Shown here: positions 19,625 to 28,752 of the stretch, in pieces
How positions within the stretch are numbered: position 1 is the first letter of the stretch
Layout of the letters: each line of letters opens with the position of its first letter
Program-made: the position numbers and the translations under genes
IMG/VR virus record: IMGVR_UViG_3300025715_000009
Span: 96,001-160,000 of that record
Origin: a virus
Lineage: Duplodnaviria; Caudoviricetes
DNA length: 64,000 bases
Strand: one strand, 5' to 3'
The notes under the pieces: model-generated
Told to the model about the DNA's origin: nothing
The model's database searches: none
The model's input: only the letters and a program-made list of their open reading frames with translations

Positions 19625-20139
19625 TCTGAAAAAATGCTCCCATTGCTATCAATGATTACTACTTTCTTACAAGAAGGGCATCTAAACTTGCCGCTCTTGC
19701 TTGCCTTAAGCTTATGAAAACAAGCTGGGCAAGATAGAACAGCTGGAAAGATAGGATTGAGCCCAGACTTGAAATAAGAAACAGCATTGCTGATGTTATC
19801 AAACTTGTTAAAGAAAGTAGAAAATCCCAGGAGTTGGAAAACCTCAAAGACTCTTGGACTTACATCAGTAAGAGCCATTTCTCGCCCAGGGGTTTTAGAG
19901 ACTGCCCGGAGGATCCCACTAAATGCGCCAATTCCAGTTGAGGCAACATAAGAGATTTTTGCCATGCTAAAGATAAACTTGTTGTATGAGCTATTAAGCA
20001 GAAGCTGAACTCGCTTGGTGAAAAAATCGGAGTTATAGGTGCTCAGCTCACCACTCATATGAACAATTACGATGTCCTCAAACTCTTCAAGCCTAAGGTC
20101 CAAAAGCTTATCCTTCACATCATAAAAACCATTAATCAT
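19621..20139 (-). CDS. Anti-sigma-factor antagonist (STAS) with C-terminal Zn ribbon
   Basis: GELSTYNS, ISYVASTGIG, VFEVFQLLGF, CPAC..CPSC. Confidence 0.9.
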   Translation of the reverse strand: MINGFYDVKDKLLDLRLEEFEDIVIVHMSGELSTYNSDFFTKRVQLLLNSSYNKFIFSMAKISYVASTGIGAFSGILRAVSKTPGREMALTDVSPRVFEVFQLLGFSTFFNKFDNISNAVSYFKSGLNPIFPAVLSCPACFHKLKASKSGKFRCPSCKKVVIIDSNGSIFSE

Positions 20140-20175
20140 AGAGGTCCTCCTGATAAGATTATATACTTATTTTAT

Positions 20176-20349
20176 CTACTCTAAATTGCTTTTCCACCAT
20201 CTGCATGTTTTTTCTTTGGGTGGTTTTTTTAATCCAGATTGAGCATAGCACCACCCATAAGATTTAGCTACAATAGAAGTAAATCTTTTTGAGCAATTAT
20301 CACACGTATGGTTTAATAATAAATTTTTAGCTAATTCTAAATCGTCCAT
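20176..20349 (-). CDS. Small Cys-rich protein, N-terminal AKNLLL tag
   Basis: Likely start MDDLELAKNLLL; paralogue of the next ORF. Confidence 0.7.
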   Translation of the reverse strand: MDDLELAKNLLLNHTCDNCSKRFTSIVAKSYGWCYAQSGLKKPPKEKTCRWWKSNLE

Positions 20350-20509
20350 ATATTTTTTGCCAAAAAGGACATGTGTTTTCTGCTGGTTGTTGTTCATAAA
20401 CAAAACACCATCTTTCTGGATCGCTAGAAAATGCTACATGTATTTTCCTGCAACAATTTTCACATGTGTTTTCTAATAATAAATTTTTAACAATAGTTAT
20501 TTCGTCCAT
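20327..20509 (-). CDS. Small Cys-rich protein, N-terminal VKNLLL tag
   Basis: TCENC..WC..P.ENTC.FW shared with the neighbour. Confidence 0.7.
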   Translation of the reverse strand: MDEITIVKNLLLENTCENCCRKIHVAFSSDPERWCFVYEQQPAENTCPFWQKIYGRFRIS

Positions 20510-20877
20510 AATAGAAATGGTGTAGTAAAGGCGTCTTGATATTCTAGTCGATCATCAATATGAAGATCTAGTTTTAAGTCTTGGGCAATTTCTGCTTTTG
20601 CTCCCCACCAAATAGAATCAGCAAATGATGGTCTATTATACTTATCATATTCCCAAGGATAACCTTTTTCTAGCAAATAATCTGTTGTACTAATTATTTT
20701 AGTAATTTTAATGGGATTGATTTTTAATTGTTTTAATTCTTTTTCTGCATCTTTATGAGATGATCCGGTCATGATATAAATATCATGACCTTGTAAAATC
20801 ATGTCATCAATATAATTCTTGAATTCCTTGGGGCTTTTGTCTAGGGTGCCGTGTAAATCGATACTGATTCTCATCAA
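20497..20877 (-). CDS. HAD-superfamily phosphatase-like protein
   Basis: ISIDLHGTLD, IMTG, K, HIDD motifs. Confidence 0.7.
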   Translation of the reverse strand: MMRISIDLHGTLDKSPKEFKNYIDDMILQGHDIYIMTGSSHKDAEKELKQLKINPIKITKIISTTDYLLEKGYPWEYDKYNRPSFADSIWWGAKAEIAQDLKLDLHIDDRLEYQDAFTTPFLLWTK

Positions 20878-21217
20878 ACTCTCCTAAAAGGATTTTTTTA
20901 GCCAATAGCTCTAATCCATCATCTATATTATATACCTTATATAAAGCATATATCCCAGCCAAGGAAATTCTCCAGAAATTTCCTCTTTCCATATAATGAT
21001 CAGCTTCAATTCCAGATCCATCTCTATTGATTAGATTTTCATTCCATTTTTCTTTCTCCACCCCTTTTAAAAAAAGTTCATATATCTTTGTAGGTCTTTG
21101 AAAAAGAGTTTTAAAATATCTTGTAGGAATCCAATTATACCCAAATTTATCATATATCAACTTTATTGATTCTGCATCGAGGCTTATTTTATATGGCATG
21201 GTTTCTAAAGTAATCAT
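20807..21217 (-). CDS. Hypothetical protein, near-C-terminal AKKILL tag
   Basis: ORF. Confidence 0.65.
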   Translation of the reverse strand: MITLETMPYKISLDAESIKLIYDKFGYNWIPTRYFKTLFQRPTKIYELFLKGVEKEKWNENLINRDGSGIEADHYMERGNFWRISLAGIYALYKVYNIDDGLELLAKKILLGEFDENQYRFTRHPRQKPQGIQELY

Positions 21218-21738
21218 CTAAATCTAATTCCTAACGCCAATCCAAATATATACGGCGAACCCATATCAAATTCTACGCTTTCTGTATGGTCTGCATTAAG
21301 ATTCAATTCCATTCCACCAAAATGAGCTCCACCTGAAAAATCAAAAAACATAATTTTAAAAAAATTGAATCTAAATCCTCCACCAATATATGGATAAACA
21401 GCAGAATCAACACCAAACACAGTGTTTAAAACAACACCACCACCTGCATAAACAGACATAGATTGAGATAGTGGAATCATAATCCTACTAGATAGATCAA
21501 ATGTATGAACAGTTCCACCCTCAAAAACAGGTTCATGTCCATAAATATATGGAATATATTGCCAATCACTATTGGCATACATCATAGACATATTAAATAT
21601 CTTATAGTTAGTTTCTAGTCCCCACCCCGGAACTAGGGCAATCCCAGAAAACAAACCTACTCCTGTTTTAATGCCTACTTGAGAATAGGCAGAGAGAGCA
21701 AGACAAAATAACATAAAAATAATAAAAACTTTTTTCAT
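21214..21738 (-). CDS. Outer-membrane beta-barrel protein
   Basis: Signal peptide, alternating beta pattern (YAGGG, PYIGGGFRF), terminal LGIRFR. Confidence 0.7.
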   Translation of the reverse strand: MKKVFIIFMLFCLALSAYSQVGIKTGVGLFSGIALVPGWGLETNYKIFNMSMMYANSDWQYIPYIYGHEPVFEGGTVHTFDLSSRIMIPLSQSMSVYAGGGVVLNTVFGVDSAVYPYIGGGFRFNFFKIMFFDFSGGAHFGGMELNLNADHTESVEFDMGSPYIFGLALGIRFR

Positions 21739-21760
21739 TTATACCCCTGAATTATCTTGG

Positions 21761-22018
21761 CTAATTCCACCCATTCTCTACTTTTTCATCAAGATATTCC
21801 ATAGCTGCATCACATAGATCTGCTCCAGCTATTTGATTTCCAATCTTTATACCCTGAAAAGTAGAAATAGAAATTTCTAATTCTGGAAATTCTTGAGCAA
21901 TGATCTGACCAATCATCCCCCACCCAATTTCCTGCTTAATTCTTAACTGTTTTACTCTTTTTGCGAGTTGAGGATTTTTCTGCATTGCTTGAATGAACTT
22001 CAGTTTTCCCATTTTCAC
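21761..22018 (-). CDS. Hypothetical protein
   Basis: ORF. Confidence 0.65.
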   Translation of the reverse strand: MKMGKLKFIQAMQKNPQLAKRVKQLRIKQEIGWGMIGQIIAQEFPELEISISTFQGIKIGNQIAGADLCDAAMEYLDEKVENGWN

Positions 22019-22181
22019 CTGCCTTCACCAAATGAAGCTTGGTGTTTGATTTATTAACGTGTTCTCCACCACACCACCCACAATTAATCCTTCTTCCTTT
22101 GGTAATCATCTTGTATGAGATAAAGAAGACCTTTTTACAATAAAGACAAGTTGCCTCTTTGATAGGATTAAGAATAGCCAT
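21936..22181 (-). CDS. Small Zn-ribbon protein
   Basis: CLYC..CGWC; GGAGG RBS. Confidence 0.6.
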   Translation of the reverse strand: MAILNPIKEATCLYCKKVFFISYKMITKGRRINCGWCGGEHVNKSNTKLHLVKAGENGKTEVHSSNAEKSSTRKKSKTVKN

Positions 22182-22197
22182 AAGTCCTCCTATTAAA

Positions 22198-22458
22198 TTA
22201 TACTAATAAAAGTTGTTTTGCTAAAATACAATTTAAATCATTGAGTATTTTTTTATCTATTACTTCTTGAGCATCATACATGGGCATTACAAATCCGTTG
22301 ATATCTACTTTTTCATCAATTAGTAATAATTGGCCATGATTAGATTCTATTACAACTACTTCAGATGGGAAATCTAAAACCTTGAAAAAGATTTTTTGAT
22401 CTGATTCAAAAAACCACTTGTCTTTGAGGAAATAATTTATATTATCAATTAGAGTCAT
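22198..22458 (-). CDS. Hypothetical protein, C-terminal AKQLLL tag
   Basis: ORF. Confidence 0.65.
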   Translation of the reverse strand: MTLIDNINYFLKDKWFFESDQKIFFKVLDFPSEVVVIESNHGQLLLIDEKVDINGFVMPMYDAQEVIDKKILNDLNCILAKQLLLV

Positions 22459-23050
22459 AATTTAATATGTCCTTTTCATTCCAAACAACACCATCATAAT
22501 CAAAAATATTCTCAAGCATATTATTAAAATAAACAGAATCAGATACCATTATTTTTGTAGAGCATGAAAATTGTTTTACAAAATTATATATATAAGGTAT
22601 TGAATTATTTATATAATATTTAGGGAAATAAATATAATTTGTACCATATAAAATAGAATTAATTATTACCTGAATTCCATCAGAATAAGATGTTTTTGAT
22701 GTAAGATGATTACCAGCTATTGCCGTAGCAAGATTCATAGGTTCTAGGAAACTAGTAATAGAAAAACAAGTGGAGATATGGGGCAAATCTTCTTTATTAT
22801 TGGAAATTTGACGGATGATCTCCAAACCCGTCTTGGTATTTTCTATATTAACTATCCAAGATTTGTTCCGGTCTAATAATGATATTGCCTCTATTGCTTC
22901 AAAAACTGTATCTTGTTTTAAATCTACAATTCGTGTTGAACAAAGAGGGTGATCATCTAAAGAATAAATAGCATTATAAAGACGACATGCTAAGAAATCG
23001 TTTTTTTGTTCTTTGGATAAATCTGGTTTCCAAAGCCAGTTTTCAATCAT
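22445..23050 (-). CDS. Hypothetical protein
   Basis: 201-aa ORF. Confidence 0.7.
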   Translation of the reverse strand: MIENWLWKPDLSKEQKNDFLACRLYNAIYSLDDHPLCSTRIVDLKQDTVFEAIEAISLLDRNKSWIVNIENTKTGLEIIRQISNNKEDLPHISTCFSITSFLEPMNLATAIAGNHLTSKTSYSDGIQVIINSILYGTNYIYFPKYYINNSIPYIYNFVKQFSCSTKIMVSDSVYFNNMLENIFDYDGVVWNEKDILNYDSN

Positions 23051-23247
23051 TTATTGGCTTCTTTAATCTCTTGTTGGATAGTATCCAGGTTTTTAATCAT
23101 CTCATCCCACTCTTCAAGAGTTAGATTGATTCCTTTATTGCCTGGTCTCTCTTCGCCTTCATATTCATACCATTGGCGAATACTAATATACATTTTACCT
23201 TTAAATTCACTTGGGGTGATTTTTATATTACGGCTTCCTATATTCAT
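23047..23247 (-). CDS. PC4/p15-like ssDNA-binding transcriptional coactivator
   Basis: SEFKGKMYISIRQWY..PGNKGINLTLEEW. Confidence 0.9.
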   Translation of the reverse strand: MNIGSRNIKITPSEFKGKMYISIRQWYEYEGEERPGNKGINLTLEEWDEMIKNLDTIQQEIKEANK

Positions 23248-23272
23248 ATTTTCTCCTTATAATATATATGCT

Positions 23273-23298
23273 AAAAAAAGAGCCGCATTAGCGGCTCT
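23273..23298 (-). terminator. Intrinsic terminator
   Basis: agagccgc-taat-gcggctct plus T-run on the minus strand. Confidence 0.8.
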
Positions 23299-23474
23299 GA
23301 ATTTAATTTACTGGTAAAAATTCTGGACATCTATATATTACAATTTCCATTTCATTATCATTTTTATCATTAATTTTATGAATCAAATTTCTTGTAATTG
23401 TTTGCTGTATATGACAATCACGATGATTTTGACATAAAGAACAAGCTCCAGTTTCTTTAGCAGAGAAACTTATT

Positions 23475-23918
23475 TTAACCATTTTTCTGTTCAGCTCTTA
23501 TCTTTTGATCAATTTTTTGAAATAAACGTGTTTCAGTTTGTCTCAAAATGGATGTAATTTGATCGCCAAGAGTTGTTTTACTGGCAGATGCTATAATTGT
23601 CTGGAAGGCAGATCTAACTACTGATTTAACAAGATTAAAATCTTGATTTTTAGACAATTCTATTTTGTCTTGTCTTTTAATTATTGAAGTTGATTTTCCA
23701 CCATAAACATATTCTCTGGCCGCCTTAGTTTTATTTAATGGTTCAAGTTTAGCATCCCCAGTATTAGTTGGTTGAACATTAGAATATGGAGCCATAATTT
23801 GATTGAAAGCCTCAATTAAATCTTTTTCCAATGATTCATAGAATTCTTGTTCTGATAAAGAAGCCAACTTATTAGGTAATTCTGGGTCTTGAAGGAAGTC
23901 ATCTATATTTCTTTCCAT
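23475..23918 (-). CDS. Hypothetical (possible virion) protein
   Basis: AAGATAAT plus AAGGAG upstream; MERNIDDFL leader shared with 36624..37577. Confidence 0.7.
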   Translation of the reverse strand: MERNIDDFLQDPELPNKLASLSEQEFYESLEKDLIEAFNQIMAPYSNVQPTNTGDAKLEPLNKTKAAREYVYGGKSTSIIKRQDKIELSKNQDFNLVKSVVRSAFQTIIASASKTTLGDQITSILRQTETRLFQKIDQKIRAEQKNG

Positions 23919-24002
23919 TGTAATCTCCTTTTAATTATCTTGTTATTTCTTTAAAGTCTAATGAATTAATGGCATTAATTATTGCTTTTTTTGAATTTAA
24001 TT

Positions 24003-24332
24003 TTATCCCCATAAAATCTTTACCATATGCTGTATTATATTTACCACCCCATAATAATCTTCCATTAACACATACATTTTATTATTAAATTCGATATAAA
24101 TTTTATTGCTATCTACTTCTGGATATATAATTCTTGCATATGTGTAATTTAAATCAGGATTGTGTGATGGAACAACTGTAATTAAATTATAATGTAAAAA
24201 AACTCTTACATCTTTATCAGCATCTTGAAATATTTTACCTGCAGGTGCATGATTAAAAACAAAATGTTCAAATTTTGAAATTTGAAAACACTTTTTTATT
24301 AAGTGTTTAAATAAAGATTCAACATCATTCAT
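24003..24332 (-). CDS. Hypothetical protein, N-terminal LIKKCF tag
   Basis: ORF. Confidence 0.65.
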   Translation of the reverse strand: MNDVESLFKHLIKKCFQISKFEHFVFNHAPAGKIFQDADKDVRVFLHYNLITVVPSHNPDLNYTYARIIYPEVDSNKIYIEFNNKMYVLMEDYYGVVNIIQHMVKILWG

Positions 24333-25146
24333 CTTTCATCTCTTTTCTAATTTTTTCATACTTGTTCAATTTGTCAAAATAGCCAAATTTTTCTAATAAT
24401 TTATATACAACATTATTTATAGATTTATTTGGGTGTGATGCTTTTATATCAATTAAAAAATCAGCTTCTTCTCCTTCAAAAGCTTCTTTTCTAAATGATT
24501 TAGCCATTTTGTGTCCAATATATATACTGTCTAAATCAGCTTTTATTTCTTCTTCTTTTAAAACTATTTTTTGTTGTATATCATTTTTATCTACTGCAAT
24601 ATCATTCTCTTTTAAATAATCTTGAAGCATATCAAGCTCTTTTTTATCTCTTTCATATTCTGATATTCTTAGATCAATTCCATCCATAAAAAATTTACTT
24701 ATTTCTAAAGCATAAGCTACTGGAACTTCAATACTTTCTTTCATTGGTTTCTTTATCCATTTATCTTCTAATAAATCATATATTGCTTCTGCTGCCATTA
24801 TATTCTTATCATTAATAGTCAAATAATAATTAACTGGGTGATTCTGCCACAAATTACCATTTGGAAGAATTTTGGCTAATTTACTAATTTCATTTTCTGT
24901 TGCATCAAGAACAACATTAACATCGATATCACTAAATTCTGTATATTGATAACCTGTAATAGAACCAATAACACACATCTTCTTAATTTCAAAATCATCA
25001 TCAAGCCATTGATTAAAATTATCCATTATCATCTTTCTTAACTCTTTTTTTAATGTCATCCCATTAAAAACATCTTTACATAAATCTTGATGAACAGGGT
25101 CAAGAGCTGATTCTATTAAATTTTGTAAATCCATATTATACCTCAC
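24325..25146 (-). CDS. Pol-beta-superfamily nucleotidyltransferase
   Basis: IGSITGYQY..SDIDVNV (GS..DxD). Confidence 0.8.
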   Translation of the reverse strand: MRYNMDLQNLIESALDPVHQDLCKDVFNGMTLKKELRKMIMDNFNQWLDDDFEIKKMCVIGSITGYQYTEFSDIDVNVVLDATENEISKLAKILPNGNLWQNHPVNYYLTINDKNIMAAEAIYDLLEDKWIKKPMKESIEVPVAYALEISKFFMDGIDLRISEYERDKKELDMLQDYLKENDIAVDKNDIQQKIVLKEEEIKADLDSIYIGHKMAKSFRKEAFEGEEADFLIDIKASHPNKSINNVVYKLLEKFGYFDKLNKYEKIRKEMKDE

Positions 25147-26992
25147 TTACAGTTCTTTTTAATCGTTTATATTCTTCTGGCACATCATCTCCTTGAAGCC
25201 AATAATATTCTTCTAAGCTTACACCATACTCATCTTGAATTCTATCTTCTTGTTCTTGCCATTTTAAATCAACTAATTCAGAATTTAAATCAGCAGCTGA
25301 AGTTCTATTTGAAGAAATATTCACTGGTTGAGCGGAGAAGACATAATCTTTATTATGACAATAGATGGCATAAGCAATTACTAAGTCATCATTATTACCA
25401 TTCATTGCTTCTGCTCTACCACTATCATGCCACACAAATGTTTTTATTTCCTCAATTAACCTTTCAGAATATATTCTTGTATATTCATTTTCAAGATCTT
25501 TAAAATAAGCATCTGTCAATAATACTCTTGATTTAGGCGTTGTCTCCCATGATACATATCCATTACCTTTTCTTTTAACATACACATTACTATAAGGATC
25601 AACTTTAGATCTAAACACTTCATTAAACACAGCAGGCCCAGGATGATTTGTTTCAATCATAACATAAGCATTATTATAATATCTTGCTACTTTTTTGATT
25701 ATTTCACCCATAGTATCAGTAGGAATTTGACCTTTATATTCTGCTACTTGTTCTTTTTTATATACATCAATTACTTGAAATGTTGAATAATCCTTGCCAT
25801 GGCCTGTTGCAGTATCTGCAGTAAGCATATATTGACCACCATCATATCTATCTCTCCAACACCAAAGACCTTTTATTGGATGTTCTATTATTTCTGATGG
25901 CAGAGTATCTACCCATGTTGGTGTTCTTTTCCATTCTTCAAGTCTTTCAAGAGTTTTAATAGTCACAACTGTTTCTCCAGAACCAAGAAATTCTGCTAAT
26001 ATTTCTTGATTAAAGTCTCTTTCATGTTTAGCATTTGCTCTTCTTTTCCAAAGCCATGGAGCGGATTTTGCATCACCTTCATATGATAATTGTTTTCTTT
26101 TTTCTGACTCAATAAAATTTTCTAATTCTTCTTGAGATATTGTTTTATTATTTATTTTTTCTAATAATTCGTCAAGCCAAGGATTAGAACGATTAGGATA
26201 ACGCCACCATGGAATATATATTGGATAAAACTCATTTAACCCCTCTATTGCATTTTTATATGTTGTGTGATACCAGTTTCCTACACCATTAGTTGTAGAA
26301 ATAATTATACAATCTCCACCTTTGTCCAATGATGGTTCAAGAGCTTTCCAAATGTCATCCATCCACATATTGAATGCTGCTTCATCAACAATTATTAAAG
26401 ATGGAGTATCACCACGACCAGCATCTTTAGTTGTTGATTTAACAATAATTTGTGATAAATTTGATAATTTTAACTTTGTTTTACTGTATCCATCTCTTGT
26501 CGCTTTACATTTCAAAAATCCAGGCATATCATGATAATTGATATCAATTGTCTTTTCTTTAAAAGACATGGCATCTAATTGTGTTAAAGATATAATAGTT
26601 ATTTTTTGAGCTTTTTGAAAATTAGCTCTCCATAAAGCATATGCTCCAGATATAACAGAGGCACCTACCTGCCTGGATTTACGGAATATAACTTTACTAT
26701 GTTCTTGAAATGATTGTAAGGCTGTTTTCTGGAAATCATGTAATTTAAATGGGATGGGGCCTTTTTGTGGATCTAAAGTATAACAATAACGATCAATAAA
26801 ATAGTATGAATATAAAGAACAAAGAGTAAATTCGACCATACGATCTACTAATTCTACAGTTCCATCGTTTAATTTGACATCAATCAATTCACCAGACCAT
26901 AATTGTGAAATTAATTCTTCATATGGAATTAATATATTATAATGAGAATATTTTCCTTTTAATAATGCTTTAGCATGTTCTTCTCGTGTCAT
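25136..26992 (-). CDS. terL: Terminase large subunit (T4 gp17-like)
   Basis: KSRQVGAS Walker A, IIVDEAAF Walker B, STTNG, ADTATGHGKDYS, IETN, NDDLV nuclease motifs. Confidence 0.95.
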   Translation of the reverse strand: MTREEHAKALLKGKYSHYNILIPYEELISQLWSGELIDVKLNDGTVELVDRMVEFTLCSLYSYYFIDRYCYTLDPQKGPIPFKLHDFQKTALQSFQEHSKVIFRKSRQVGASVISGAYALWRANFQKAQKITIISLTQLDAMSFKEKTIDINYHDMPGFLKCKATRDGYSKTKLKLSNLSQIIVKSTTKDAGRGDTPSLIIVDEAAFNMWMDDIWKALEPSLDKGGDCIIISTTNGVGNWYHTTYKNAIEGLNEFYPIYIPWWRYPNRSNPWLDELLEKINNKTISQEELENFIESEKRKQLSYEGDAKSAPWLWKRRANAKHERDFNQEILAEFLGSGETVVTIKTLERLEEWKRTPTWVDTLPSEIIEHPIKGLWCWRDRYDGGQYMLTADTATGHGKDYSTFQVIDVYKKEQVAEYKGQIPTDTMGEIIKKVARYYNNAYVMIETNHPGPAVFNEVFRSKVDPYSNVYVKRKGNGYVSWETTPKSRVLLTDAYFKDLENEYTRIYSERLIEEIKTFVWHDSGRAEAMNGNNDDLVIAYAIYCHNKDYVFSAQPVNISSNRTSAADLNSELVDLKWQEQEDRIQDEYGVSLEEYYWLQGDDVPEEYKRLKRTVSEV

Positions 26993-27387
26993 AATTCTTC
27001 AAATAAATATTTTATAGGATAATGATAAGCTACATCTGTCATGCCTGCTTCAATTTGTAAAACAGGATAAATAAATAATATTGATAATTCTCTTAATCCT
27101 CTTATTTTACCAAAAGGAATTTCTTCTAAAGAAAAAAGTTTATGGTGGCCTATTTTATGCTTACCCATATAATCAGTAGTATATTCATTAGAATTATATT
27201 CTATGTGAAAATTTATATCCAAAAAAGATAATTCCCAAACTGCTTTAACATCATAATTTAATATTTCATGATGTTCAATTTCATGTGGTTTGCCTAATAT
27301 TTTTACCATTTTAGTATATGGGATGTTAATATTAGTTATACTCATTACGAGACCAGATTTTGTTTGTTTTTTAAATAAAGAAATCAT
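26989..27387 (-). CDS. Hypothetical protein, C-terminal IKYLF tag
   Basis: AAGATAAT ends 2 nt before the ATG. Confidence 0.65.
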   Translation of the reverse strand: MISLFKKQTKSGLVMSITNINIPYTKMVKILGKPHEIEHHEILNYDVKAVWELSFLDINFHIEYNSNEYTTDYMGKHKIGHHKLFSLEEIPFGKIRGLRELSILFIYPVLQIEAGMTDVAYHYPIKYLFEEL

Positions 27388-27399
27388 ATATTATCTTAC

Positions 27400-27427
27400 A
27401 AAAAAAGCGGCTTAGTGCCGCTTTTTT
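27400..27427. terminator. Bidirectional-type intrinsic terminator
   Basis: aaaaaagcggc-ttagt-gccgctttttt. Confidence 0.8.
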
Positions 27428-28028
27428 ACCAAACATGAATTATTTTAGTAAAATCTTCTATCATCCCTTGATTAACTATACTTATATCTGGATTTGTAAT
27501 AATAGTTAAATATTTAATTTCATAATCACCCCACTGCCAATCAGACCATTGAATAGATTTTACATTAACATTAGGATAAAAAGATAAATCAGGCAATTTA
27601 GCATCTACATAATCTGGATGAACCCAGATAATGTTTTCTGCCCAATCTAATTGTAGTGGAGCGAGCATTGCTTCAAATGGTGAATATGCCGCTATACCAT
27701 CTTTAGCTAAATAATATTCTGCATCATTCCACATATACATATCATGATGAGCATCAAAATATATAATATCAAATTTCTTTTTTTCAACCCAATGAGTATT
27801 GATTAAATTTGCCCAGTGAAAAAGAGGTTGTTGGTCTTGTTGAACTATACATCCTCTTACAAATTCATCAATTGGTAATTTTGATATAAAATCTTCAGTG
27901 TGAATCCATTTATTTGCTTTTGCTTTAAAATCTGATTTACTTACCCAATCACTATTTTCATAATGACATCCCTTATAATACGGTTTGGTAAAAAAATCAA
28001 AATCCACACTTACTAATGCTTGTTTCAC
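27426..28028 (-). CDS. UPF0489/arginase-fold protein (second paralogue)
   Basis: VSVDFDFF, YFDAHHD, IIWVHP. Confidence 0.65.
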   Translation of the reverse strand: MKQALVSVDFDFFTKPYYKGCHYENSDWVSKSDFKAKANKWIHTEDFISKLPIDEFVRGCIVQQDQQPLFHWANLINTHWVEKKKFDIIYFDAHHDMYMWNDAEYYLAKDGIAAYSPFEAMLAPLQLDWAENIIWVHPDYVDAKLPDLSFYPNVNVKSIQWSDWQWGDYEIKYLTIITNPDISIVNQGMIEDFTKIIHVW

Positions 28029-28306
28029 TCATATACTCCAATAAGAGCAGATTCATCAATCATTTCGTATGTCTCTTCTCCAACTTTGAATGGAGCAGGC
28101 CCTGTTTTGTGATAAATAATAATTTGCCCTGGTTTTACTTTAGAACATTCATCTCCTATCCCTATAACTTCTGCTTTTTTTAAATTCTTCATTGGTGAAT
28201 TTGTTTGCGGAAGATAAAGACCACCTGGTGTTTTTTCTAAATCAGAATTTTTAGTATCAAAATCTTTGATTAAAATTCTTGTTCCGAATAATTTTAATTT
28301 TTCCAT
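28025..28306 (-). CDS. groES: Co-chaperonin GroES-like
   Basis: LKLFGTRILIK..TPGGLYLP..AEVIGIG..VKPG. Confidence 0.85.
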   Translation of the reverse strand: MEKLKLFGTRILIKDFDTKNSDLEKTPGGLYLPQTNSPMKNLKKAEVIGIGDECSKVKPGQIIIYHKTGPAPFKVGEETYEMIDESALIGVYE

Positions 28307-28307
28307 A

Positions 28308-28676
28308 TTAACCCCTTTTAAAAATATAAATTGACCATTTCATTTCAATCATATGATAATTCATTTTGTTTAATCTTTTTGTATAAAATGCTATTCTTTT
28401 TGCAAAATCTTCTTCATATGCACTTATTGCTAAATATTCAGGTTTTGTTTCATCTAAATATTTTTTAATAACATTTTCTATGCTTTGTATAGTTTTAATG
28501 TTAAATGTTTTTCTTAATAAAGAATATTGTGAGATGTTTAATCTTTTTGAACTTTTATAACTTATACGAATATCAAACCATGGAATATCCAGTCGACCAT
28601 ATTCATGCCTAACTGAAAATATAATATATTCCACCTCTGGTGTTTTAACTCTTCCTATTTCTCCAAATCTTCTCAT
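28308..28676 (-). CDS. Hypothetical protein
   Basis: Start codon lies in a hairpin arm. Confidence 0.7.
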   Translation of the reverse strand: MRRFGEIGRVKTPEVEYIIFSVRHEYGRLDIPWFDIRISYKSSKRLNISQYSLLRKTFNIKTIQSIENVIKKYLDETKPEYLAISAYEEDFAKRIAFYTKRLNKMNYHMIEMKWSIYIFKRG

Positions 28677-28722
28677 TGAAGTAGCCTCCTTTGCTACTTC
28701 AATGCCAATCTCCTTTATTCAT
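28674..28722 (-). promoter_or_regulatory. Leader peptide MNKGDWH* (28699-28722) plus 12-bp hairpin (28674-28704) holding the SD in its loop and the AUG in its stem
   Basis: Minus strand: AAGGAG-ataat-ATG AAT AAA GGA GAT TGG CAT TGA; CATTGAAGTAGC-AAAGGAG-GCTACTTCAATG. Confidence 0.7.
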
Positions 28723-28752
28723 ATTATCTCCTTTTTGTATATTAAATATGCT

